Shown here piece by piece: positions 11,301 to 23,230 of a DNA stretch of 64,000 nucleotides. Position numbers and translations under genes: made by a program. This DNA comes from Chiloscyllium plagiosum (taxonomy: Eukaryota). The notes below the pieces were generated by a model, which was given only the letters and a program-made list of their open reading frames with translations, was not told where the DNA came from and did no database searches. Where the stretch lies: NCBI RefSeq assembly GCF_004010195.1, contig NC_057728.1:27968108-28032107 (forward strand). Reading direction: 5' to 3'. Position 1 is the first letter of the stretch. Each line of letters begins with the position of its first letter.

Positions 11301-14300
11301 AGGGGGTGCAGTGGTCACGCCGGTGGAGGGGGTGCAGTGGTCACCCTGGTGGAAGGTGTGCAGTGGTCACGCCGGTGGAGGGGTTGCAGTATTCATTCTG
11401 GTGTAAGGGGTGCAGTGGTCATTCTGGTGGAAGGGGTGCAGTGGTCACGCTTGAGGAAGGGGTGTAGTGGTCATACTGGTGGAAGTGGTGTAGTGATCAT
11501 ACTGGTGGATGGTCTGTAGTCGTCATTCTGGTGCAAGGGGTGCAGTGGTCACTCTGATGGAAGGTACGTAGTGTTCACTTTGGTGGAAGGAGTGCAGTGG
11601 TCATTCTGGTTGAGGTGGTGCAGTGGTCACTCTGGTGGAAGGTGTGCAGTGGTCATTCTGGTGGAGGGGTTGCAGTGGTCACTCAGGTGGAATGGGTGCA
11701 GTGGTCACTCTGGAGGAAGGGGTGTAGTGGTCATTCTGGTGGAGGGGGTACAGTGGTCACTCTAGTGGAAGGAGTGCAGTGGTCACCCTGGTGGAATGGG
11801 AGTAGTGGATGTTCCGGTGGAGGGGGTGTATTGGTCGTTCTGGTGGAAGGGGTGCTGTGGTCATTCTGGTGGATGGGGTGCAGTGGTCACTCTGGTGCAA
11901 GTAGTGCAGTGGTCATTCTCGTGGAAGAGATGTAGTGATCATTCTGGTGGAAGGGATGTTGTGGTCATTCTGGTGGTGGGGTTGCAGTGGTCACTCAGGT
12001 GGAAGGGGTGCAGTGTTCACTCTGGAGGAAGGTGTGTAGTGGTCATTCTGGTGGAGGTGGTGCAGTGGTCACTCTGGTGGAAGGTGTGCAGTGGTCATTC
12101 TGGTGGAGGGGTTGCAGTATTCATTCTGGTGTAAGGGGTGCAGTGGTCATTCTGGTGGAAGAGGTGCAGTGGTCACTCTGGTGGAGGGTGTGCAGTGGTC
12201 ACTCTGGTGGAAGGTGTGCAGTGGTCATTCTGGTGGAGGGGTTGCAGTATTCATTCTGGTGTAAGGGGTGCAGTGGTCATTCTGGTGGAAGAGGTGCAGT
12301 GGTCACTCTGGTGGAGGGTGTGCAGTGGTCACTCTGGTGGAAGGTGTGCAGTGGTCATTCTGGTGGAGGGGTTGCAGTATTCATTCTGGTGTAAGGGGTG
12401 CAGTGGTCATTCTGGTGGAAGAGGTGCAGTGGTCACTCTGGTGGAGGGTGTGCAGTGGTCACTCTGGTGGAAGGTGTGCAGTGGTCATTCTGGTGGAGGG
12501 GTTGCAGTATTCATTCTGGTGTAAGGGGTGCAGTGGTCATTCTGGTGGAAGAGGTGCAGTGGTCACTCTGGTGGAGGGTGTGCAGTGGTCACTCTGGTGG
12601 AAGGTGTGCAGTGGTCATTCTGGTGGAGGGGTTGCAGTATTCATTCTGGTGTAAGGGGTGCAGTGGTCATTCTGGTGGAAGAGGTGCAGTGGTCACTCTG
12701 GTGGAGGGTGTGCAGTGGTCACTCTGGTGGAAGGTGTGCAGTGGTCATTCTGGTGGAGGGGTTGCAGTATTCATTCTGGTGTAAGGGGTGCAGTGGTCAT
12801 TCTGGTGGAAGAGGTGCAGTGGTCACTCTGGTGGAGGGTGTGCAGTGGTCACTCTGGTGGAAGGTGTGCAGTGGTCATTCTGGTGGAGGGGTTGCAGTAT
12901 TCATTCTGGTGTAAGGGGTGCAGTGGTCATTCTGGTGGAAGAGGTGCAGTGGTCACTCTGGTGGAGGGTGTGCAGTGGTCACTCTGGTGGAAGGTGTGCA
13001 GTGGTCATTCTGGTGGAGGGGTTGCAGTATTCATTCTGGTGTAAGGGGTGCAGTGGTCATTCTGGTGGAAGAGGTGCAGTGGTCACTCTGGTGGAGGGTG
13101 TGCAGTGGTCACTCTGGTGGAAGGTGTGCAGTGGTCATTCTGGTGGAGGGGTTGCAGTATTCATTCTGGTGTAAGGGGTGCAGTGGTCATTCTGGTGGAA
13201 GAGGTGCAGTGGTCACTCTGGTGGAGGGTGTGCAGTGGTCACTCTGGTGGAAGGTGTGCAGTGGTCATTCTGGTGGAGGGGTTGCAGTATTCATTCTGGT
13301 GTAAGGGGTGCAGTGGTCATTCTGGTGGAAGAGGTGCAGTGGTCACTCTGGTGGAGGGTGTGCAGTGGTCACTCTGGTGGAAGGTGTGCAGTGGTCATTC
13401 TGGTGGAGGGGTTGCAGTATTCATTCTGGTGTAAGGGGTGCAGTGGTCATTCTGGTGGAAGAGGTGCAGTGGTCACTCTGGTGGAGGGTGTGCAGTGGTC
13501 ACTCTGGTGGAAGGTGTGCAGTGGTCATTCTGGTGGAGGGGTTGCAGTATTCATTCTGGTGTAAGGGGTGCAGTGGTCATTCTGGTGGAAGAGGTGCAGT
13601 GGTCACTCTGGTGGAGGGTGTGCAGTGGTCACTCTGGTGGAAGGTGTGCAGTGGTCATTCTGGTGGAGGGGTTGCAGTATTCATTCTGGTGTAAGGGGTG
13701 CAGTGGTCATTCTGGTGGAAGAGGTGCAGTGGTCACTCTGGTGGAGGGTGTGCAGTGGTCACTCTGGTGGAAGGTGTGCAGTGGTCATTCTGGTGGAGGG
13801 GTTGCAGTATTCATTCTGGTGTAAGGGGTGCAGTGGTCATTCTGGTGGAAGAGGTGCAGTGGTCACTCTGGTGGAGGGTGTGCAGTGGTCACTCTGGTGG
13901 AAGGTGTGCAGTGGTCATTCTGGTGGAGGGGTTGCAGTATTCATTCTGGTGTAAGGGGTGCAGTGGTCATTCTGGTGGAAGAGGTGCAGTGGTCACTCTG
14001 GTGGAGGGTGTGCAGTGGTCACTCTGGTGGAAGGTGTGCAGTGGTCATTCTGGTGGAGGGGTTGCAGTATTCATTCTGGTGTAAGGGGTGCAGTGGTCAT
14101 TCTGGTGGAAGAGGTGCAGTGGTCACTCTGGTGGAGGGTGTGCAGTGGTCACTCTGGTGGAAGGTGTGCAGTGGTCATTCTGGTGGAGGGGTTGCAGTAT
14201 TCATTCTGGTGTAAGGGGTGCAGTGGTCATTCTGGTGGAAGAGGTGCAGTGGTCACTCTGGTGGAGGGTGTGCAGTGGTCACTCTGGTGGAAGGTGTGCA

Positions 14301-17300
14301 GTGGTCATTCTGGTGGAGGGGTTGCAGTATTCATTCTGGTGTAAGGGGTGCAGTGGTCATTCTGGTGGAAGAGGTGCAGTGGTCACTCTGGTGGAGGGTG
14401 AGCAGTGGTCACTCTGGTGGAAGGTGTGCAGTGGTCATTCTGGTGGAGGTGGTGCAGTGGTCACTCTGGTGGAGGGGGTGCAGTGGTCACTCTGGTGGAA
14501 GGTGTGTAGTGGTCATTCTGGTGGAAGGTGTGCAGTGGTCATTCTGGTGGAGGGGTTGCAGTATTCATTCTGGTGTAAGGGGTGCAGTGGTCATTCTGGT
14601 GGAAGAGGTGCAGTGGTCACTCTGGTGGAGGGTGTGCAGTGGTCACTCTGGTGGAAGGTGTGTAGTGGTCATTCTGCTGGAAGGTGTGTAGTGGTCATTG
14701 TGGTGGAGCGGGTGCAGTGGTCACTCTGGTGGAAGGAGTGTAGTGGTCATTCTAGTGAAAGGGGTGCAGTGGTCACTCTGATGGAATGTTTGTAGTGGTC
14801 ATTCTGGTGGAGGGGGTGCAGTGGTCACTCTGGTGGAAGGTGTGCAGTGGTCATTCTGGTGGAAGGTGTGTAGTGTTCATTCTGGTGGAGGGGTTGCAGT
14901 ATTCATTCTGGTGTAAGGGGTGCAGTGGTCATTCTGGTGGAATGGGTGCAGTGGTCACTCTGGTGGAAGGTGTGTAGTGTTCACTTTGGTGGAAAAGGTG
15001 TAGTGGTCATTCTGGTTGAGGGTGTGCAGTGGTCACTCAGGTGGAATGGGTGCAGTGGTCACTCTGGAGGAAGGGGTGTAGTGGTCATTCTGGTGGAGTG
15101 GGTGCTGTGGTCACTTTGGTGGAAGGGGTGTAGTGGTCACTCTAGTGGAAAGAGTGTAGTGGTCACCCTGGTGGAAGGGGAGTAGTGGTCGTTCTGGTGG
15201 AAGGGGTGCTGTGGTCATTCTGGTGGATGGGGTGCAGTGGTCACTCTGGTGCAAGTAGTGCAGTGGTCATTCTCGTGGAAGAGATGTAGTGATCATTCTG
15301 GTGGAAGGGATGTTGTGGTCATTCTGGTGGTGGGGTTGCAGTGGTCACTCAGGTGGAAGGGGTGCAGTGTTCACTCTGGAGGAAGGTGTGTAGTGGTCAT
15401 TCTGGTGGAAGGATTATACTGGTCACCCTGGTGGAATGGGTGTAGTGGTCACTGTGGTGGAAGGGGTGCAGTGGTCACTCTTGAGGAAGGTGTGTAGTGG
15501 TCATTCTGGTGGAGGTGGTGCAGTGGTCACTCTGGTGGAGAGGGTGTAGTGGTCACTCTCGTGGAAGGGGTGTAGTGGTCATTCTGGAGGAAGGTGTGTC
15601 GTGTTCATTCTAGTGGAAGGGTGCACTGGTCACTTTGGTGGAAGGGGTGTAGTGGTCATTCTGGTGGCGGGGTTGCAGTGGTCATTCTGGTGGAAGGAGT
15701 GCAGTGGTCACCCTGGTGGAAGGGGTGTAGTGGTCACCCTGGTGGAGGGGGTGTATTTGTCGTTCTGGTGGAATGGGTGCAGTGGTCACCCTGATGGATA
15801 GGGTTTAGTGGACATTCTGGTAGAAGGGGTGTAGTGGTCATTCTGATGGAATGGGTGTAGTGGTCATTCTGGTGGAGGAGGTGCAGTGGTCACTCTGGTG
15901 GAAGAGGTGCAGTGGTCACCCTGGTGGAAGGAGTGTAGTGGTCATTCTGGTGGAAGGGGTATAGTGGTCATTTTGGTGGAAAGAGTGCAGTGGTCATTCT
16001 GATGGAAGGAGTGCAATGGTCACCCTGGTGGAAGGGGTGTAATGGTCCTTCTGGTGGACGGGGTGTATTGGTCATTCTGGTGGACGGGGTGTATTGGTCA
16101 TTCTGGTGGAAGGGGTGTAGTGGTCATTTTGGTGGAAAGGGTGCAGTGGTCACTCTGGTGGATCAGTTTAGTGGTCATTCTGGTGGAAGAATTATACTGG
16201 TCACCCTGGAGGAATGGATGTAGTGGTCATTCTGGGGGGTGTAGTGGTCACTCTGGTGGAAGGTGTGCAGTGGTCACGCTCGAGGAAGGGGTGTAGTGGT
16301 CATAGTAGTGGACGTTCCGGTGGAGGGGGTGTATTGGTCGTTCTGGTGGAAGGGTTGCAGTGGTCACTCTGGTGGATGGCGTTTAGTGGTCACTCTGGTG
16401 GATGGGGTTTAGTGGTCACCCTGGTGGAGGGGGTACAGTGGTCACTCTAGTGGAAGGAGTGCAGTGGTCACCCTGGTGGAATGGGAGTAGTGGATGTTCC
16501 GGTGGAGGGGGTGTATTGGTCGTTCTGGTGGAAGGGTTGCAGTGGTCACTCTGGTGGATGGCGTTTAGTGGTCACTCTGGTGGATGGGGTTTAGTGGTCA
16601 CCCTGGTGGAGGGGGTGTAGTGGTCATTCTGGTGGAAGGAGTGCAGTGGTCACCCTGGTGGAAGGGGTGTAGTGGTTGTTCTGGTGGTGGGGATGTATTG
16701 GTCGTTCTGGTGGAAGGGGTGTAGTGGTCATTCTGGTGGATGGGGTTTAGTGGTCACTCTGGTGGATGGGGTTTAGTGGTCATTCTGGCAGAACGGGTGT
16801 AGTGGTCATTCTGATGGAAGGAGTGCAGTGGTCACCCTGGTGGATGGGTGTATTGGTCGTCCTGGTGGATGGGGTGTATTGGTCATTTTGGTGGAAACGG
16901 TGCAGTGGTCACGCTGGTGGATCAGTTTAGCGGTCATTCTGGTGGAAGGATTGTACTGGTCACCCTGGTGGAATGGGTGTAGTGGAGATTCTGGGGAAGG
17001 GGTGTAGTGGTCACTCTGGTGGAAGGGCTGTAGTGGTCACTCTAGTGGAAGGGTTGCAGTGGTCATTCTGGTGGAGGGGGTGCAGTGGTCATTCTGGTGG
17101 AAGGGGTGCAGTGGTCATTCTGGTGGAAGGTGTGTAGTGTTCACTTTGGTGGAAAAGGTGTAGTGGCCATTCTAGTTGAGGGTGTGCAGTGGTCACTCAG
17201 GTGGAAGGAGTGCAGTGGTCATTCTGGTGGAGGGGTTTCTCGTTCTGGTGGAAGGGCTGTAGTGGTCACTCTGGTGGATGGGGTTTAGTGGTCACCCTAG

Positions 17301-18390
17301 TGGAGGGGGCCAGTGGTCACCCTGGTGGAAGGGGTGTAGTGGTCGTTCTGGTGGTGGGGGTGTATTGGTCGTTCTGGTGGAAGGGCTGTAGTGGTCACTC
17401 TGGTGGATGGGGTTTAGTGGTCATTCTGGCAGAATGGGTGTAGTGGTCATTCTGATGGAAGGAGTGCAGTGGTCACCCTGGTGGATGGGGTGTATTGGTC
17501 GTCCTGGTGGATGGGGTGTATTGGTCATTTTGGTGGAAAGGGTGCAGTGGTCACGCTGGTGGATCAGTTTAGCGTTCACCCTGGTGGAATGGGTGTAGTG
17601 GTGATTCTGGGGAAGGGGTGTAGTGGTCACTCTGGTGGAAGGGCTGCAGTGGTCACTCTGGAGGAAGGGGTGCAGTGGTCACTCTCGTGGAAGAAGTGTA
17701 GTGGTCATTCTGGTGGAAGTGTTTTAGTGGTCATTCTGTTGGAGGGGTTGCAGTGTTCACTCAGGTGGAAGGGGTGCAGTGGTCACTCTGGAGGGAGGGG
17801 TGTAGTGGTCATTCTGGTTGAAGGGAGTGCAGTGGTCACTCTGGTGGAAGGTATGTAGTGGTCATTCTGGTGGAGGAGGTGCAGTGGTCACTTTGGTGGA
17901 AGGGGTGTAGTGGTAATTCTAGTGGATGGGGTGCAGTGGTCACCCTGGTGGAAGGGGTGTACTGGTCGTTCTGGTGGAAGGGGTGCAGTGGTCACTCTGG
18001 TGGAAGGAGTTTAGTGGTCATCCTGGTAGAAGGGGTGTAGTGGTCATTCTGATGGAAGGAGTGTAGTGCTCATTCTGGTGGAAGGGTTGTCATGGTCACT
18101 CTGGTGGAAGGGGTGCAGTGGTCACTCTGGTGGAAGGGGTGTAGTGGTCATTCTGCTGGAGGGGTGTCATGGTCATTCTGGTGGAATGGGTGTAGTGGTC
18201 ACTCTGGTGGAAGGGGTGCAGTGGTCATACTGCTGGAGGGGGTTAGTGGTCATCCTGGTGGGTGTAGTGGTCACTCTGGTCAAAGGGGTGTAGTGGTCAT
18301 CCTGGTGGAAGGGGTGTAGTGGTCACTCTGGTTGAAGGGGTTGTCGTGGTCACCCTGGTGGTGGGGGTTGCAGAGGTTACTCTGGTAGAG
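8400..18390. repeat. ~10 kb G-rich tandem satellite, 26-bp monomer (consensus GTGCAGTGGTCA[C/T]TCTGGTGGAAGGG), roughly 380 units
   Basis: Directly visible 26-nt periodicity. Degenerate units at 8400-8610, an abrupt end at ~18390, and strong G/C strand asymmetry. Confidence 0.97.
12060..14399. repeat. 130-bp higher-order repeat (5 x 26 bp), 18 identical copies
   Basis: The variant monomer TTGCAGTATTCATTCTGGTGTAAGGG recurs every 130 bp; identical ORFs in the track are offset by exactly 130 nt (12138, 12268 ... 14218). The first deviation is GAGCAG at 14400. Confidence 0.95.
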
Positions 18391-20330
18391 TCAGCACCGA
18401 AATCAACTGGCAGTGTGGATGCAATGGTGGAGAAATACAATCAGCAGAAAAGATAGCATATCAGCTGAAATGGAACAGGTGAGGTCATTTTGGTAACATT
18501 GTGAAAACACTAGTTGGTTTTGACTATTTTTGTTGCTGTTGCAGCCTGTGGGAAGGTGTAATTTATGCCTATGTTCCTGCTTCCACATCATAACCATCTG
18601 TGATTAAGACTTGGTCTGCATTATCCCATTTGAGTTCAATCAAACACTGTAAACAATATCAGAATGTTCTGGTAGTGTACCTGTAACATTGCAGGTATTC
18701 TTGCTATTTCGGGCAGCGTTTGTTACAATCCATAAAACAGAGGACTAACTAAGTCTGCAAGTTCAGCCATGTCTCATTGTGAGTAAAACATTAGATACTG
18801 ATATGCACAAACAAATTATTTATTTCATAATAATGGAAATGTCTTGAACTCCACTGTAACTATCAATGTGCACCAACCACGAGGCGTGTCAGTACAGAAT
18901 ACAGTGCCATATATGTCCCTGACTAAACAAGTCTCAACAGTAAAGCAGCAGTATGCACCAGAAAAGTAAAACAAATGCAATTGAAATACCCAAAGTGCAA
19001 TTTAGTTTCAAAAACAACCAAGCCACCTTTATCTCTCAATAATCCTTATGTTGATAGTCATGGAGATGGGCAGGAGTGTTTTGGCTGGGGGATTGATTTC
19101 TTGCTCACTCCTCACTGAAATCGAGCACTGAAATCAATACATGGAGATTTGTTGATTATTTTGCTGTTTCTAGTCTCTTAATATATAAATGTTGATAAAA
19201 TAAAGGCAGTTAACTCTTGTGTCAAGAACTATGTGGGACAGGCAGAAAAGGGAAGTTAAGGCTACATTCTGGTCAGCTATGACACACACTTCCATCTACA
19301 CAATTGGAAGGGACATGCTGTTGACAGAAATTTCCACTGTTTGTAAGATGTTCTTATCAGCCAAAGCTGTATATGCACTTTTCCAAACATAATTTATTGT
19401 AGTATCCGTTGATTTTATTGAACTTTGAATTCAGCATCACTTGATCTGCAATGCGAAAAATACTCATTGCTTTTGACACTCCCCAACCCCATGTCCATTC
19501 CAACTTAAGTTAGCTGGAGACCAGCTTGAGACTCCTTCAGAATTATGCTAAGTTTTCACTTTTCTTTTAAGAAAACAAAACTTAAATGTGATCATTTTGA
19601 AGTACTGCTCTCCAGTAGGAGTCCAAATCAGGTTGGAATACTGACAATTTCTTCCCTGGAAATTTGTAGAGTTCGTGAAGCTTTTGAAATTTCATATGGA
19701 ATTTGTAGTATATGTTGTAAAATTCATATTTCCAAAACCTTTTCTTTTTCTACACAGACCTTTAACTAATAATCCAATATTGCCAAACCGTTATCCATAT
19801 TTAAATAATTAAGAGAGCAGATAAGGAAAAATAAGGTTGTGAGAAGATCTTGTTTAGTTAAAGGGATAGCAAAATCATATTTGAGCAATCAATTTTGTGA
19901 ACCATCAAATTCAAATAAAAACTTATACAGGTGCACAAATTGTTGCCATACTCAATTGTTGTCCAAAAGGAGTTCAATGCTCACCAAACTTGTGATGACT
20001 AGGTCTTCACTATATCATAAAGATATACATAATATCAATAGAACAAACACATTGACATTAGATATAAGGGTTTAAATTGTTAGCAATCAAGACTGATACA
20101 CTCTCTGCCAGATAGAAGAATAGCATTCAGCTGTGCTCCAAAACAAGCCTGCTATCTCTATTCTCTCAGAAAGGTGACAATCTGTCACTGATACAGCACT
20201 CCAGCTTATTTCATAAGAACATATGAAATAAGAGTTAGAGTAGACCATTTGGTCTAATAAGTCAATGTGCCGTGAAGTCAGATCATAGCTGACCAGATTG
20301 TGGCTTTAACTCCCTTAACCTGCCTGTTAT

Positions 20331-20541
20331 GGGAATTGATTTAGCTTAGTTGGTTGGATTATTGGTTTATGGAGCAGTGTGATACCAACAGTGTGGGTTC
20401 AATTCCCGTTGAGGTTAACATGAAGGACTGTCCTTCTCAACCTCTTCCCTTACTTGAGATCTGATGGCTCTCAGGTTAAATCAGCACCAATTCTCTCTCT
20501 AATGAGAGAGCAGCTCCTGTAGTCTGGTAAGTCTATGGTGA
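20331..20541 (+). mobile_element. Old tRNA-derived SINE
   Basis: A-box-like TTAGCTTAGTTGG and B-box GGGTTCAATTCCC, followed by a SINE body (CCTTCTCAACCTC...CTCAGGTTAAATCA..ACCA..TCTCTCTCTAATGAGAGAGCAGC). Confidence 0.55.
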
Positions 20542-22170
20542 CACAACAGACTGCCTCACATATTTCTTGATCAAGAGTGAACTGACTTTGTGTTATCAAA
20601 ATATATATATTGGGAAAATAGAGATGAGAAAAGAATCACCAAACCTCTATATTTTCTGTGCTCTGGCTCCTGCTCAGCTAGCATCTATTCTGCTATCTCT
20701 AGCCTTGATTACTCTGCAAGATTAGAACCTCAACCATTGCAGTTATCATCCCTTAAACTTGTCTTCCCTTTTCCCCTGTTGTGGGAACAGGAAAGTGTCC
20801 CCAAGAGCAGAATGGAGAGGAAAGCATATGGTTGCAATAGAAGTGAAGGAATAGTTGATTTGGAACTGATCAGGAATGAGGACCATATTGGCAATGAATT
20901 GGTGATTGCAAGGGAAGCAACAAGAACAAAGACATGACAGTGAGAGGAGATGGTAGTGAGTGATTGGGATTTTTAAAAACTCATTCACAGGATCAGGGCA
21001 TTGCTGGCTGAATCACATTTATTGCCCATCCATAATTGCCCTGAGTGCAATTAATAGTCAACCACATTGCTGTGGGTCTGGAATCATATGGAGACGAGAC
21101 CAGATAAAGAGGGCAGTTTCCTTCCCTAAAGGACATTAGTGAACCAAATAGGTTTTTCCAACAATCAACAATGGATTCATGGTTATCGTTAGACTCTTAA
21201 TTCAAGGAGGCCTAGTGATGGGCTTTCATGCTCAGATGCTTTCTTATCCGTGCTACCCAATGTGTAGAAGAAATAGAGAGGAGACCAGCTTTAACATCAG
21301 ATTATAATGTATTAAATTAAACAATCTATGTAAAATACATACTCAACAAATTTTTGCAAACACGTGGACTTGCATAATTACATTGATGTTTTCCATGAGG
21401 TTAATAGAATGAAACATGTGTTCACCAGGTTTGTTTTATGTGTACATTCTCTGATTCTGGTTTACAGAAATTAGTTCAGTTGGCTGAGAAGTGGGCCCAG
21501 AGAAAGCCACAGGACCCACTGAACCATGCACCTTATCAGACTACTACTTCCCTTTGCAGTAATTGTTTACAACAGTTACAGAGTGGATGTTCTGAGCCTC
21601 ACGAAGCAATGCTTAACATAGAGATGACCAACACAGCTCAAACAGTCGTCCAGGGAGAGAACAGTCATAAAGCAAAATCATTGTGACTGTGGAGAGATAA
21701 ACAATTGCAACTTTCCAGCTGAGCAAACAGCATAGTTCAGCTGTAGACAATTTGAGCAGACCCTTGCATCCAAAGAATGACAGACAAATAATAAGATAAT
21801 AGTGGGAGTGAGGTCATGTCCTTTTTTATGTTGAGAATCCAAATCAGTTTCTTTTAATGATTTGAAAGTGCTGTGCAAATGATTAAATTTCACCCTTAGC
21901 AATTTGAATAGATGCTGTCTTATTTAGAAAAGAGATTTAGTTTAGAAGAGAGTAAGGTTCATCCAAGAACAAAAATGTTGTTTAAAACTAACTTAGAGCA
22001 TGCAAACAGCAGAGGTCACAAACTGTAGCTGCAAGACAGAGACTCTGCATTTGTTTGATCTCCCAGGGAGAGGGAGGAGAGAAGCATTGCCCCATTTGGC
22101 AGCTTTGTCATAGTAGTGCGATTTTATAACGATTGGCAGAAATTAGCATCCTTTGTACTGTTTGTAATAA

Positions 22171-22653
22171 GGTTGGTAGGGAATATATATTGCAACACAG
22201 AATTTGGAAGAGTTCTTAGTAATAAGTTAAGTATCCATGTTATTGGCAATTAATGTATTACAGCTGGCAAATGTCTAGGAAGAGGTATAACTGTCAGTGC
22301 TGGAATGTGATTGAAGGAGATGCATTGTAAGATCCCTAAGACAGATGATAAAGGTATCTGGTAAACATCATGAGACTATGGGATGAACTAGGGCTATCCA
22401 TAGAGTTGACCGTCATTGATTGTATGTTTACAGGATTGGTTATGCACATTTGGGGTATGTGGCTAACAATGACATCAACGTTGCATGTAATTATTGTTAT
22501 GCAGAATATATAAGATATTGTACTTGGTTGAGAGAACTAGTGTCCGAGAGAAGGTCCTCTCCCACACTACATTTGTAAGGTTCTCTGAATAAAGGTCAAT
22601 TGTGTTCCTAAACACAGAACTCAAGAATAATGTTGATATCTCTCCCTCCAACA
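22171..22653 (+). mobile_element. Possible solo LTR
   Basis: Imperfect terminal inverted match (GGTTGGTAGGGA ... TCCCTCCAACA), TATATAAG at ~22507, and AATAAA at ~22588 in LTR-like order. No convincing target-site duplication. Confidence 0.35.
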
Positions 22654-22654
22654 T

Positions 22655-23230
22655 TACTCAAGGAGGCAAATGGGATGTTATCCTTTATTAAGGAGTGATC
22701 CATAAAAAGGATATTACGCTTCAGTTATACAGGGCATTGGTGAGATCATATCTTGAACACTGTGTGCAGTTTTGATCTCTGGATTTAAGAAATGATGTAA
22801 AGGCATCGGACGCAGTTCTGAGGAGATTTAATAAATTGATGCGTGGGATTAAGTGATAAAGGAAAGGTTGGAATGCTGGCTTGTTTCTACTTGGAGGTTA
22901 GAAGAGTAAGGAATGGTTTGATTGAAGTATATAAGAACCTGAATGGTCTTGACCAGGTGGGCCTGGAAAGAATGTTTCTCTTGTGGGTATCCAGAACATT
23001 GGGCACATTGTTTTAAAATTAGGGGTGATGTTTTTAAGACAGAAATTAGAACTTCTTTCTCTCAAAGGGTTGTGCTACTTAGGAGTAGTGCTTCAGAATA
23101 TAGGGAAAGCAGCGTCATTTTAAGGCAGAGAGATAGATTCTTGTTAGGTAGGGGTATTGGGGGTAGATGGGAATGTGAAATTCAAAACATAAATAGATGT
23201 TATTGCATTATGGAGCAGACTCAAGGGGTC
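22655..23230 (+). mobile_element. Decayed CR1 3' fragment
   Basis: AGGCAAATGGGATGTTATCC...TTATACAGGGCATTGGTGAGA...TGTGTGCAGTTTTG resembles the CR1 ORF2 C-terminus (LYRALVR.HLE.CVQF). Confidence 0.7.

Noticed and set aside
8664-18319. Dozens of Gly/Val/Trp/Cys-rich ORFs (GVQWSLWWKGCSGHSGG...)
   Set aside because: Artefacts of a 26-bp (non-triplet) repeat. The same peptide cycles through all three frames and is broken by TAG/TAA variants; the minus strand has a TGA in nearly every monomer; no splice structure supports an exon.
8400-18390. CRISPR-like array
   Set aside because: Head-to-tail monomers with no unique spacers, no cas genes, and a eukaryotic intron-containing context.
8400-18390. 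Immunoglobulin switch-region or CTCF-array interpretation
   Set aside because: G-skew and TGCA (WGCW) are present, but AGCT motifs and Ig exons are absent. The minus-strand CCACCAG[A/G]GTGACC matches only half of the CTCF core and lacks GGC.
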